From positions 1,991 through 65,990 of the forward strand of contig JAADFL010000193.1 of the NCBI GenBank assembly GCA_013152945.1: DNA of 64,000 bases, in the 5' to 3' direction. The position numbers were made by a program, and so were the translations under genes. Below are positions 29,625 through 38,055 of this stretch, one piece after another. The notes beneath the pieces are model-generated. The model had not been told where the DNA came from and ran no database searches. It saw only the letters and a list, made by a program, of their open reading frames with translations. This stretch comes from Deltaproteobacteria bacterium (GTDB lineage Bacteria; Myxococcota_A; JAADFL01). The first letter of the stretch is position 1. Every line of letters begins with the position of its first letter.

Positions 29625-31379
29625 TTACCTGTTCCGGCTTGAACCCTGTTCATCCTTTGCCCCGGATATCTCGAGCCCCCGCATCCGCAGGTGACCGAGA
29701 AAGGCCCTGGAAAGTGAGATCCAGTCCAGACCGGCCGTCTTTTCGGCCAATGTCCTGCCTCTTTCTTCCAGGTCTCTCGCGTCACTCAACAACCGGACAA
29801 TCGCATCCCTGAATCCTTTAGTGTCTCCTGCCCGAACTATTACCGCCGCATCAGGCACGTACTGGGCCGAGAAAGGAACGAGGTGAGATGTCACAAGCGG
29901 AGTGCCCACGGCAGCAGCCTGTGCAGCAGACATTCCAAAGCCCTCCATTTCAGAAGCAGTCACGAACAAATCGGCAAGGCTGAACATGGGATATAGATAA
30001 TGATCCGGAATAAAGCCCAGGAGAAAAGCCTTTCCCATAAGTCTCGAATCCTTGCGGATCTTATCCTCGAGTTGTTTGAAAATTTCTTTTTCCGGCCCTC
30101 CTCCAATGAAAAGAAACGTTCCATCGAGTTCTTCCGAAGCCATGGCAAAGGCATCCAACAACAAGTCCTTGCGCTTGGTTCTATCCATCCTGCTCGTCTC
30201 GAAGATGATTTTCGCTTTCTTCAGTTCATCTACATGCACACCGCTCTTTTCAGCCAGATAATCGTACACAGGAGCCAATTCACCCGGGCTGTATTTCCTG
30301 AACTTTTTTCTATCCACTCCCGGAGGAAAGAAAAACATCTTGCCGGGATCGACTCCAAGCCCGGTCCGAAGGCGTTCCGCAATCTCGGTACTTGTAGCCA
30401 CAAAGGCTCTTGCCGTGTTGCATACTGCAATTTCGTGGTTCCGGCGCTCGCAGAACTTCAAGGCCCTCTTGACATCAAGGGGCCTGTCCTTGAAATTTTC
30501 TTCCTTCAGCAATCCCAGGGAATGAGGGGTAAACACATGCCGGGACACTGCGGCCAGGGCCTTCCGCCGGTTGCCGTCCTTGTCCCAGAGGGAAAGGATC
30601 TTCCGTCCCACTGTTTCAGCCTCGACCAGTGTAGCCGTTACGGGTCCCAGGCCCTTCGAATTCCTTTCGAATTCCTCCATTGCCTGTTTACCGTGATTTC
30701 CTATGGGTTCATTCCTCTTCTCGCACCATAATCTTACTGCCCCGCCTACCCGCTCCACTGGCTTCAGAGTCGGGTCTACCGCAGCCAGGCAGCATTTTCC
30801 CGCCAGTAATTCAAGGGAGGTCGCCGCGCCGGACCAGTGCCCCTTCATCTCGAAATCCCGCAGTGTTTCCTCCAAGGCCACTCCCTCGACCGCCTTTCGA
30901 AGCAATCCCAATGCCTCCCGGGCCATCCATCTAACTTCAAGGAGCATTCCGATCACACCGGCATCCCAATAGTGAGTATTCCAAATCTCGTAAACCTGGT
31001 GGGGCTTGCATGACAGTTCAGCCGCTTCCTTACTCACGAAATCTTCAATCCAGTCCACTTCCTCATCAAGGGCCACGGCTATATCCTCTTTCCTGATAAA
31101 CTTGTCCCCGCCGCCCGGCACGTATACATACCTCGCATTATCTCCAAAGGGCTCAATACCCTCCCTGACTTTTTCCAATCCGAAAAACGGGAATCCGCCG
31201 CGTGCAAATATGCTTACATGGAACCCCAACTGAACCAGGGCCTGCGCCATCGAGTTCACGTACATGTTCTGCCCGCCGGTGTCAGGGGCCCCACCCACCG
31301 GGACAATGACTCCTCCGTACCCATGGTTGGTTATCAGGGCGATCCTCGGCCGGTTGAAAAATGATTCCTGCACGCTCAT
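29625..31379 (-). CDS. GT4-family glycosyltransferase with an inserted domain, resembling sucrose-phosphate-synthase-type enzymes.
   Basis: The track ORF starts at TTG 31409. The ATG at 31379 has a GGAGG RBS. The N-terminal motif GGAPDTGGQNMYV is like the DTGGQ of SPS/sucrose synthase. The C-terminal GT4 Rossmann domain (EGFGMSAAQAAAVGTPLV) carries the E-x7-E-type motif. Confidence 0.7.
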   Translation of the reverse strand: MSVQESFFNRPRIALITNHGYGGVIVPVGGAPDTGGQNMYVNSMAQALVQLGFHVSIFARGGFPFFGLEKVREGIEPFGDNARYVYVPGGGDKFIRKEDIAVALDEEVDWIEDFVSKEAAELSCKPHQVYEIWNTHYWDAGVIGMLLEVRWMAREALGLLRKAVEGVALEETLRDFEMKGHWSGAATSLELLAGKCCLAAVDPTLKPVERVGGAVRLWCEKRNEPIGNHGKQAMEEFERNSKGLGPVTATLVEAETVGRKILSLWDKDGNRRKALAAVSRHVFTPHSLGLLKEENFKDRPLDVKRALKFCERRNHEIAVCNTARAFVATSTEIAERLRTGLGVDPGKMFFFPPGVDRKKFRKYSPGELAPVYDYLAEKSGVHVDELKKAKIIFETSRMDRTKRKDLLLDAFAMASEELDGTFLFIGGGPEKEIFKQLEDKIRKDSRLMGKAFLLGFIPDHYLYPMFSLADLFVTASEMEGFGMSAAQAAAVGTPLVTSHLVPFSAQYVPDAAVIVRAGDTKGFRDAIVRLLSDARDLEERGRTLAEKTAGLDWISLSRAFLGHLRMRGLEISGAKDEQGSSRNR

Positions 31380-31478
31380 CACAATGCCTCCATTTTTACT
31401 CTTCGACAAAATAAATATATTTTAAACCTATTGCCGCCGGATTTGCGAAAAAATAGAAGCCTTAAATAAAATTTTTAT

Positions 31479-33377
31479 TCATCGCCAGTCCAGGGCCTTG
31501 GCCTGTGACTTCAGCAAAGAACTGCCCGGCAAATAATGCATGCCCCTTTCAAGGATATCCTTTGCACCGGCCATATCTCCCCTACCGGCCCTTGCATGGG
31601 CCCATGAAGACCACAAGGCAGGATCCCCCGGCGTTATTGAAGCGGCCTTTTCGTAACAGCGTTCCGAGTCCTGTATCCGGCCGGTCAAAAAGTAGGCAAA
31701 AGCCAGATTTCTCCAGGCCTCGGAAAAACCAGGGGCCGCCTTCACAGCGTCATGGAAGTACCTGATCGCCTCTGATGTTCTCTGCTGCATGGCAAGGGCA
31801 AGGCCCAAGCCGTTCAGGGCCCTGGCAGACCTGGGACGAAAATGCAGGACGGCCTTCAACTCTTCTTCCGCATCCGCAGGTCTTCTCAGCCCCAGGTACG
31901 CAAGTCCCGAGTTCAACACGGCCTCGATGAAAGCCGGCCTTTTCCTTCTCGCTTTCAATGATAGTTCAAGGGCCTGTGCATATTTACCGGACCTAAGCTT
32001 CAAGGCCGCCAGGTTGTTCATTACTTCCGGATCATCCGGAGATCTTTCAATTGCCTGGTTTAAAAGCTTTTCCGCTTCCCTCATCTTGCCTTTACGATAG
32101 AGATATTCAGCAAGATTGCTCCGGGCGAGCACGCTGTCGGGCTGACTTTCAAGGACTTTTTCCCACAGTGTTCCTGAATTCTTCCAACAGCCTGAAATGG
32201 ACATGCTGTATCCGCCGAGTGCCCCGACCAGCGCCAGGCCGGCAACAATCGCAGATTTTCCGGCATAAACATTCTTTCTATAGGCGAATTCTTCAAACCT
32301 GACCGCCGGACCCGCCACGGCCAAGAACAGCCCTATGCCCGGTAAGTATAAGTACCTGTCGGCGATGACACCGTACCGCATATAAGAACTTGCGACCCAT
32401 CCAAGTAAGGGAGCAATTGTCAATACGTACCAGGCTGTTCCGAAAATTTCCGGCGAGCGGGCATGTTTCTTGAATAGATAAATAAAGGATACTGCGAAAA
32501 ACAATACAATACCAAGCGCAAGCCAACCAATCGGGCCTGACGGATCCTTCGGCAAAGGATGAATGGGCGCCGTCAATGTCGGCAACAGAACCATCATTGG
32601 ATAGGTTAAAAGGGAACGCGCCGCAAGCAGGAACCTGTCGATTAATCCCATTGAGGCGACCACGGAGCCGGTCGAACCCAGGTTTTTCTCCACGGCAAGT
32701 GTTACCATGCCCAGGCCAAAGGCGATTGCCAACAACCCTGAAATTGCGGCCAGCGTCTTCTTTTGAATCAACCCGCGGCCCTGGAACGCATCCATGAAAA
32801 GGAAAACCAAAGGCAAGGTAACCGTTATGGTTTTGGACAACAGTGATAGGCAATAAAGCAGGTATAAAAGGACAAGCAGGCCGATCTTTCCACTCTTTCG
32901 CCAGGAAATCCAGGCCATGGAGGCTCCAAGTGCTCCTGCCGTGGCCAGCAGAGTCTTTTGCTCGGCCACCCACGCAATCGTCTCGACCTGTACCGGGTGT
33001 ACAGCGAACAAGGCTGTTGCGAGCCAGGCCGGTTTCAATGGCAGGCCGAGCCAGGCAAGCAAGTAGAACAATAGTATGACATTGAGCAGGTGCAATAGTA
33101 TGCTGATGGCGTGATATGCTGATGGATTGTCACCAAATGCCTTTTTTTCCAGATAATGAAACGTGTACGTGAGCGGGTAATAATTCGGCGCATCAAGGGT
33201 GAACCAGATATCGTGCAGCCCGTGCTCGGACTTTAACAGCGGATTGTCATAGACGTACAGGTCATCGTCCCAGTTGACGAAATCATTACCAAGTATTCGC
33301 AAGTAAGGGACTACGGAAAGAAAGACGAGCGTAAGAACAATTGCGAACCTGGCTTTACCGGTCGTCAAAATCCTCAC
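31479..33377 (-). CDS. Polytopic membrane protein (about 11 TM) with a C-terminal TPR domain, a putative GT-C-fold glycosyltransferase (PMT_2/TMTC-like).
   Basis: 632-aa ORF. The acidic motif NWDDDLYVYDNPLL in the first periplasmic loop is in the DD/DE position typical of GT-C enzymes. The C-terminal 230 aa contain 5-6 TPRs. Confidence 0.5.
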   Translation of the reverse strand: MRILTTGKARFAIVLTLVFLSVVPYLRILGNDFVNWDDDLYVYDNPLLKSEHGLHDIWFTLDAPNYYPLTYTFHYLEKKAFGDNPSAYHAISILLHLLNVILLFYLLAWLGLPLKPAWLATALFAVHPVQVETIAWVAEQKTLLATAGALGASMAWISWRKSGKIGLLVLLYLLYCLSLLSKTITVTLPLVFLFMDAFQGRGLIQKKTLAAISGLLAIAFGLGMVTLAVEKNLGSTGSVVASMGLIDRFLLAARSLLTYPMMVLLPTLTAPIHPLPKDPSGPIGWLALGIVLFFAVSFIYLFKKHARSPEIFGTAWYVLTIAPLLGWVASSYMRYGVIADRYLYLPGIGLFLAVAGPAVRFEEFAYRKNVYAGKSAIVAGLALVGALGGYSMSISGCWKNSGTLWEKVLESQPDSVLARSNLAEYLYRKGKMREAEKLLNQAIERSPDDPEVMNNLAALKLRSGKYAQALELSLKARRKRPAFIEAVLNSGLAYLGLRRPADAEEELKAVLHFRPRSARALNGLGLALAMQQRTSEAIRYFHDAVKAAPGFSEAWRNLAFAYFLTGRIQDSERCYEKAASITPGDPALWSSWAHARAGRGDMAGAKDILERGMHYLPGSSLLKSQAKALDWR

Positions 33378-33787
33378 TGGTCCAGGAGTTCCAGTTCCCA
33401 GGTTATCTTTGCCGTCTTTGCCAACATAGCCGACACACCGCAGAACCTCCCCTCGGAAAGTTCGATGGCCCTCACTATCTTGGGCTTGAAATCTTCATGC
33501 GCCCTAATGCGATAAGTGATTCTTATTTCCTTGAACACCCTGGGATGAGAATTGTTCTGCCTTGCTTTGACATGTACTGAAAAATCGGAAAAAGGAATTT
33601 TCTGCTTTTCGAGCATGAATACTACGTCCATGCCTGTACAGCCTGCCAATCCATGCAGCACGAGTTGCTTTGGACTCGGCCAGACTCCCAATCCACCGAC
33701 ATCCCTTGCTCCGTCCATGAATATTCGAGCCTCGTTTGGACCTGAAAAGAAGCGCAGTGAACTATCGTATTCGACTCTGGCCTCCAC
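33374..33787 (-). CDS. OsmC/Ohr-family peroxiredoxin-like protein.
   Basis: 137-aa ORF. GLAGCTGMDVV contains the conserved Cys of the OsmC fold. 4-nt overlap with the downstream gene. Confidence 0.65.
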   Translation of the reverse strand: MEARVEYDSSLRFFSGPNEARIFMDGARDVGGLGVWPSPKQLVLHGLAGCTGMDVVFMLEKQKIPFSDFSVHVKARQNNSHPRVFKEIRITYRIRAHEDFKPKIVRAIELSEGRFCGVSAMLAKTAKITWELELLDQ

Positions 33788-33790
33788 ACT

Positions 33791-34528
33791 TCACTCCTCT
33801 CCCCATATTGAAGTCGTATGCAACTCCGATATCGCCGTATCATCGAACTGGCCCTTGTACACCTTACGTATGAACATTACTCCCACGTACATCGTGCGCT
33901 CGGTCATGGCCAATTCCTCCAACTTGACGCTCAACTTCTTTCGAACCGTTCGCGGCTTATCCTTGAAATACACTACCGTCCTGCCCATCCACTTGAATTT
34001 GGGTTCGATTTTATCCGTTCGAGTATTTCTTACAATCTTTACCAGGTAAACATCTACATAGACCTTTCTCGGCCGGTTGAAATTACTGAATTGCTCCTTG
34101 CCCGCGCCCGGGGTAATCTCTATATGCGTTGTGCCTTCAGGCAGATAGAATGCAATCCACTCATTCTTACCCCACCCCTTGGCGCCTTCAGCCCAAAAAG
34201 TATCCGGATTCCGGTCAAGAAGCTTGTCCACTCCGTAATATTCCTCGCCCCTTCCCTTTTCCACCAATGTTGACGAAGCTATGGGCACCCGCTCATCCTC
34301 AGCCAGCTTTTTCATGGCATCTATGAGGGCTTCCTTCTTGATTATCCTGGAAATATTGTTGAACGGGTCTTTCTTCTTCTTTTTCTGCACATGCTTGTGC
34401 TTATGTCTCTTTGATCTCGCAAGAGTTGTTCCTGCCGGAACGACAAAGAATGCAGCAAGAAAAAAGCACAACATTTTGACTTTTGAACTGTCGAACTTCA
34501 TTATTCTCTCCTGGACCTGCATGTTCAA
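33791..34528 (-). CDS. Exported hypothetical protein with a polybasic N-region (RSKRHKHKHVQKKKKKD) and a discoidin/jelly-roll-like domain.
   Basis: 245-aa ORF. Hydrophobic signal MLCFFLAAFFVVPAGTTLA. NPDTFWAEGAKGWGKNEWIAFYL resembles F5/8-type C / carbohydrate-binding beta-sandwich motifs. Confidence 0.35.
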   Translation of the reverse strand: MNMQVQERIMKFDSSKVKMLCFFLAAFFVVPAGTTLARSKRHKHKHVQKKKKKDPFNNISRIIKKEALIDAMKKLAEDERVPIASSTLVEKGRGEEYYGVDKLLDRNPDTFWAEGAKGWGKNEWIAFYLPEGTTHIEITPGAGKEQFSNFNRPRKVYVDVYLVKIVRNTRTDKIEPKFKWMGRTVVYFKDKPRTVRKKLSVKLEELAMTERTMYVGVMFIRKVYKGQFDDTAISELHTTSIWGEE

Positions 34529-34796
34529 GAAAAACCATCAACAGATCCTACTTATATTTCAACGAATGATTTTATGAGGATATTTCCTTTAATGGCAAGT
34601 TTTTTAGATTGTTTTTCCCGGCATACCACTGTGTAAGCTCCTTGTACTGCCCCGGAAATACAGTAAAATATCGCGGTAATTGAGCCGAAACCGGAGCACT
34701 CCGGCCATCTTGGGCTTCCAGGCACTGAAAGTCAAGAAATAGCCTTGAAATGACCTTCAACGGATGTTAATTAATTGATCTCCAGAGTCGACATTC

Positions 34797-36272
34797 ATGG
34801 GGCATGGATGCCTTGGAGAAAGGTGCTCTATTAGGCCGGAGGACTCGCACTTGAAAAAGACCAGAGGTCACAAACTTGGTGATATCCTGCGGGAAGGGGA
34901 AGTAGCAGATTCTTCCGGCATTGAAAAAGGCCTAAAGTATCAAAGAAAAACCGGCGAAAGAATTGCCAGTTCCCTTCTCTTCCTTGGCCTTGCATCCGAA
35001 AGAGACCTTGCCGAAAGTTTGGGAACACAAAAAGGGGTGCCTGCGGTCGTATTGGGAGAATCCGCGATAGAACTCGAGGTCATTGCAACAATACCTTACA
35101 AGGTGTCCAAGCAACAGCTCATACTTCCCCTGAAAATAACAGAGGCTAATATTTTCCTGGCAATGGCCGATCCCGACGATTTAAAAACCGCGGCGGAAGT
35201 TGAATTTGTATCCGGTAAGAAAGTTATACCTCACGTAGCCTTGGCCGGACAATTGAGACGCTTCATAGAATCTGCAAGAAAAAAGAGAACCTCGAACCCG
35301 AAAGCCAAGTTGTTGATTGGAGAAACATTACTCGAACAAGGTTCTCCCGGTAATGCCTCTTTCGGCCAGAAATTGGCCGTTATTAAGCCCACAACCGGGT
35401 GGGAACCGGCTCTGGATGAGGCGTGGGATAACATGGAGCCAATGGATGCAGGCTTACGCGAGCCCATGGATATATTACCCAGCGAGAGTGAGGCAAAAAA
35501 AAACAGTCCTTCGCCCAAGCATATTCTGATTGTAGATGATGATCCCGATATACTTGAAATGATGTCCAAATACATCGAACACAAAGGCTTCAAAGTTGAG
35601 AAGGCGGAAAACGGAACCAAGGCGCTTGCAAAGATAAGAAACAATAAACCCGGATTATTGATACTGGATGCCATGCTTCCGGGCATTCATGGATTCGAGA
35701 TTTGTCGTAAAATCAAGGACAGCAAGCGCTACTCGTCAGTGCCGGTCATCATGATAAGCGCGGTGTACAAAGGTTGGCGGTACAGCGAAGACGTGCGACA
35801 AACCTACGGGGCCGACGACTACCTGGAAAAGCCCTTCCCCTTGGAAAAATTGTATGGCAAACTAAAACAATTCTTGAGTACCAAGAAAGAGATGGTTTCA
35901 GATGAGTCTCTTGTCAACGATGCGGAGACCGCACTGAAGGAGGGACTGCAAGCCCAGGGGAGAGGTGAAATTGATACAGCGATAGCCAAATTCAAAGAAG
36001 GAATTGCAATAGATCCCATGTCGCATCAACTTCATTTCCACCTTGCGAATCTTCTTGCGGCGCAAGAAAACTATTTCATGGCAATTGGTGAATTGGAAAG
36101 GGCTGTTGAATTGGAACCCAGGTTTTTTACTGCGTTGAAAGGTTTGGCGGTATTATATCAGAAAAAAGGATTGCTCAGGAAATCAATCGAGATGTGGGAG
36201 CGAGCGTTATACACGGCGCCTGATGACAAGACCAGGGATAAGATCAGGACTCATCTCTTCCAATTGTTATAG
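34797..36272 (+). CDS. MshEN (T2SSE_N-type c-di-GMP-binding) domain, then REC receiver, then TPR.
   Basis: 491-aa ORF. Two tandem 24-residue MshEN motifs are read directly: KLGDILREGEVADSSGIEKGLKYQ and RIASSLLFLGLASERDLAESLGTQ (LGxxLxxxGxVxxxxIxxxLxxQ). The receiver (ILIVDDDPD, LLILDAML, MISAV, YLEKPF) is intact. The C-terminus has 3-4 TPRs. Confidence 0.75.
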   Translation: MGHGCLGERCSIRPEDSHLKKTRGHKLGDILREGEVADSSGIEKGLKYQRKTGERIASSLLFLGLASERDLAESLGTQKGVPAVVLGESAIELEVIATIPYKVSKQQLILPLKITEANIFLAMADPDDLKTAAEVEFVSGKKVIPHVALAGQLRRFIESARKKRTSNPKAKLLIGETLLEQGSPGNASFGQKLAVIKPTTGWEPALDEAWDNMEPMDAGLREPMDILPSESEAKKNSPSPKHILIVDDDPDILEMMSKYIEHKGFKVEKAENGTKALAKIRNNKPGLLILDAMLPGIHGFEICRKIKDSKRYSSVPVIMISAVYKGWRYSEDVRQTYGADDYLEKPFPLEKLYGKLKQFLSTKKEMVSDESLVNDAETALKEGLQAQGRGEIDTAIAKFKEGIAIDPMSHQLHFHLANLLAAQENYFMAIGELERAVELEPRFFTALKGLAVLYQKKGLLRKSIEMWERALYTAPDDKTRDKIRTHLFQLL

Positions 36273-36325
36273 GCTCCGGTTGAAACTTGAGGCTCTGATG
36301 TGCAACTTTAGACGACGAGGTACCG

Positions 36326-38011
36326 ATGCGTTTTATCTGTGAAAAGTGCCATACCAAGTATTCAATCGCCGATGAAAAGGTTCGGGGCAAGGTTCTCAAG
36401 ATACGTTGCAAGAAATGTCACAATATTATCGTGGTTCGCGAACCCGCTTCCAAGGCTAAATCAGCATTAAAGAAAAAAGATCAACTTGACGAAGAATTCG
36501 AACGGGCCTTTGACCGATTGACCGGAAAATCAGGGATCGCCTCCCGGCCGGAGTCAAAGGCAGCAAAGCAACAGTTGCGCGTTGCGCCCGACCTCAAAGA
36601 TGACGTTGATGCAGGAATAGAAGGTGAAGAGTGGTTCGCCATCCTCAGGGGCCGACAAATCGGCCCTATGAACCTTGATGAAGTGAAGCAGGCAATCAAA
36701 GACGAGCGAATATCGCACGGCACGTACCTATGGCGGGATGGGATGGCCGACTGGGTCCGAGCGGCCCGTTGCGATGAAATCAAGCCTCTCTTACCCGATA
36801 GACGCATACCCAAGGCCCAAAAACCGTCTGAAGTAAAATCCAAGCCTGAAAAGGAAAAAGCCGGGGAACCGGAAGAAGACAAAACCAGGATAGCATCTCC
36901 CGAGTTGGCTGCCGAACTTGCGCGGAAATTGGAAAGCCAGGCCCAGCCGGCCGAATCTCAGCCGGAAGAAACTCCAAGACATGGGGAGCCCGAAGTTTCG
37001 GATGAAAAGGCTGTCGAGCAAGAAGAAGTCGCTGACCGGATACAAGACCAAAAAGAGGAAATACCCGAGAGAAGAGCCAGCGAGGAACCTGGAATACCCC
37101 CGCCTATGCCCGATGAAGATGAAGAAATACTCATCGCACCGGCCATTACGGGCAAACTCATAACCCTCAAGGCAGCCATTGCAATGAGCATAGCCTCTGC
37201 CGTAATTGCCACAGTGGCTACGGCTCTCATAATCGAATTAACAAGGCCCAGGCCCCGGAATACTTCATCTAATGAAAATGCTCAACGGGTGACAAAGGTA
37301 AGCAAACGAAAAAAGATTATCCTGACGCCCGAGCTGCTTGCCCTCAAGAGTAAGCTGTTCGGTCAAGATGGTTCAAGAAGGAGCAGGAGGGGCAGGAGAT
37401 CCGGCAGCCGCCCCCAGAAAAAAACAGGCCACAATTTATCAATATCCAGTCCCACCATGGGTGATTCCAACGAAAAACCAAGTGCTGACCTTGCTGCGAC
37501 TTTCAAGAATGCCGGCATGGATCTCGACCAGGCAAGGGGTTCCAGGGGCACCGGCACTGCAACAGGAGGTGTGGCCATGGCTGCTTCGACCGCCGGTTCC
37601 CCGGAAGACGGCTTGGCTGATTTATCCAGGAAGCGGAGATCCGACGACACAGGCTCGGATGGCTTGGACCTCGGCTCTCGCCGGAAAAGGACCTCTCTTC
37701 GAGGGATGAACACCGCAGGCTTGCCCGAGGGACTACCCCCTGAAACGGTGGCATCCCACTTCCAGGGAATGTGGATAGAAACATGCTACAACAGGGCTTT
37801 AAAGAGAGATCCCTCCATGAAGGGAAAAATGATAGTCGAATTCGAGATACGAAATGACGGGAGGGTATATTCAGTCAGGATATCACCTTCCACTTTTTTG
37901 GGAACCTTCCTGGCAAAGTGCTTCAGCCGGGAAATAAAGAAGATTAGATTTCCGATGTTCAGGGGAGACCCGATTCCCATTGAATACCCGTTCCTCCTCT
38001 CCGCACATTAG
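36326..38011 (+). CDS. GltJ/AgmX-like protein: N-terminal MJ0042-type zinc ribbon, GYF_2 domain, charged/Pro-rich linker, single TM, C-terminal AgmX/PglI-type periplasmic domain.
   Basis: 561-aa ORF. CEKCHTKY...CKKCHN zinc ribbon. GEEWFAILRGRQIGPMNLDEVKQAIKDERISHGTYLWRDGMADW is a GYF_2/DUF4339 signature. TM helix AAIAMSIASAVIATVATALIIEL. This architecture matches Myxococcus GltJ (AgmX). Confidence 0.65.
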   Translation: MRFICEKCHTKYSIADEKVRGKVLKIRCKKCHNIIVVREPASKAKSALKKKDQLDEEFERAFDRLTGKSGIASRPESKAAKQQLRVAPDLKDDVDAGIEGEEWFAILRGRQIGPMNLDEVKQAIKDERISHGTYLWRDGMADWVRAARCDEIKPLLPDRRIPKAQKPSEVKSKPEKEKAGEPEEDKTRIASPELAAELARKLESQAQPAESQPEETPRHGEPEVSDEKAVEQEEVADRIQDQKEEIPERRASEEPGIPPPMPDEDEEILIAPAITGKLITLKAAIAMSIASAVIATVATALIIELTRPRPRNTSSNENAQRVTKVSKRKKIILTPELLALKSKLFGQDGSRRSRRGRRSGSRPQKKTGHNLSISSPTMGDSNEKPSADLAATFKNAGMDLDQARGSRGTGTATGGVAMAASTAGSPEDGLADLSRKRRSDDTGSDGLDLGSRRKRTSLRGMNTAGLPEGLPPETVASHFQGMWIETCYNRALKRDPSMKGKMIVEFEIRNDGRVYSVRISPSTFLGTFLAKCFSREIKKIRFPMFRGDPIPIEYPFLLSAH

Positions 38012-38055
38012 TACGGAGCAGGGTTCGGTTAAAATTTGAACGGAGGTCGAGGTAC

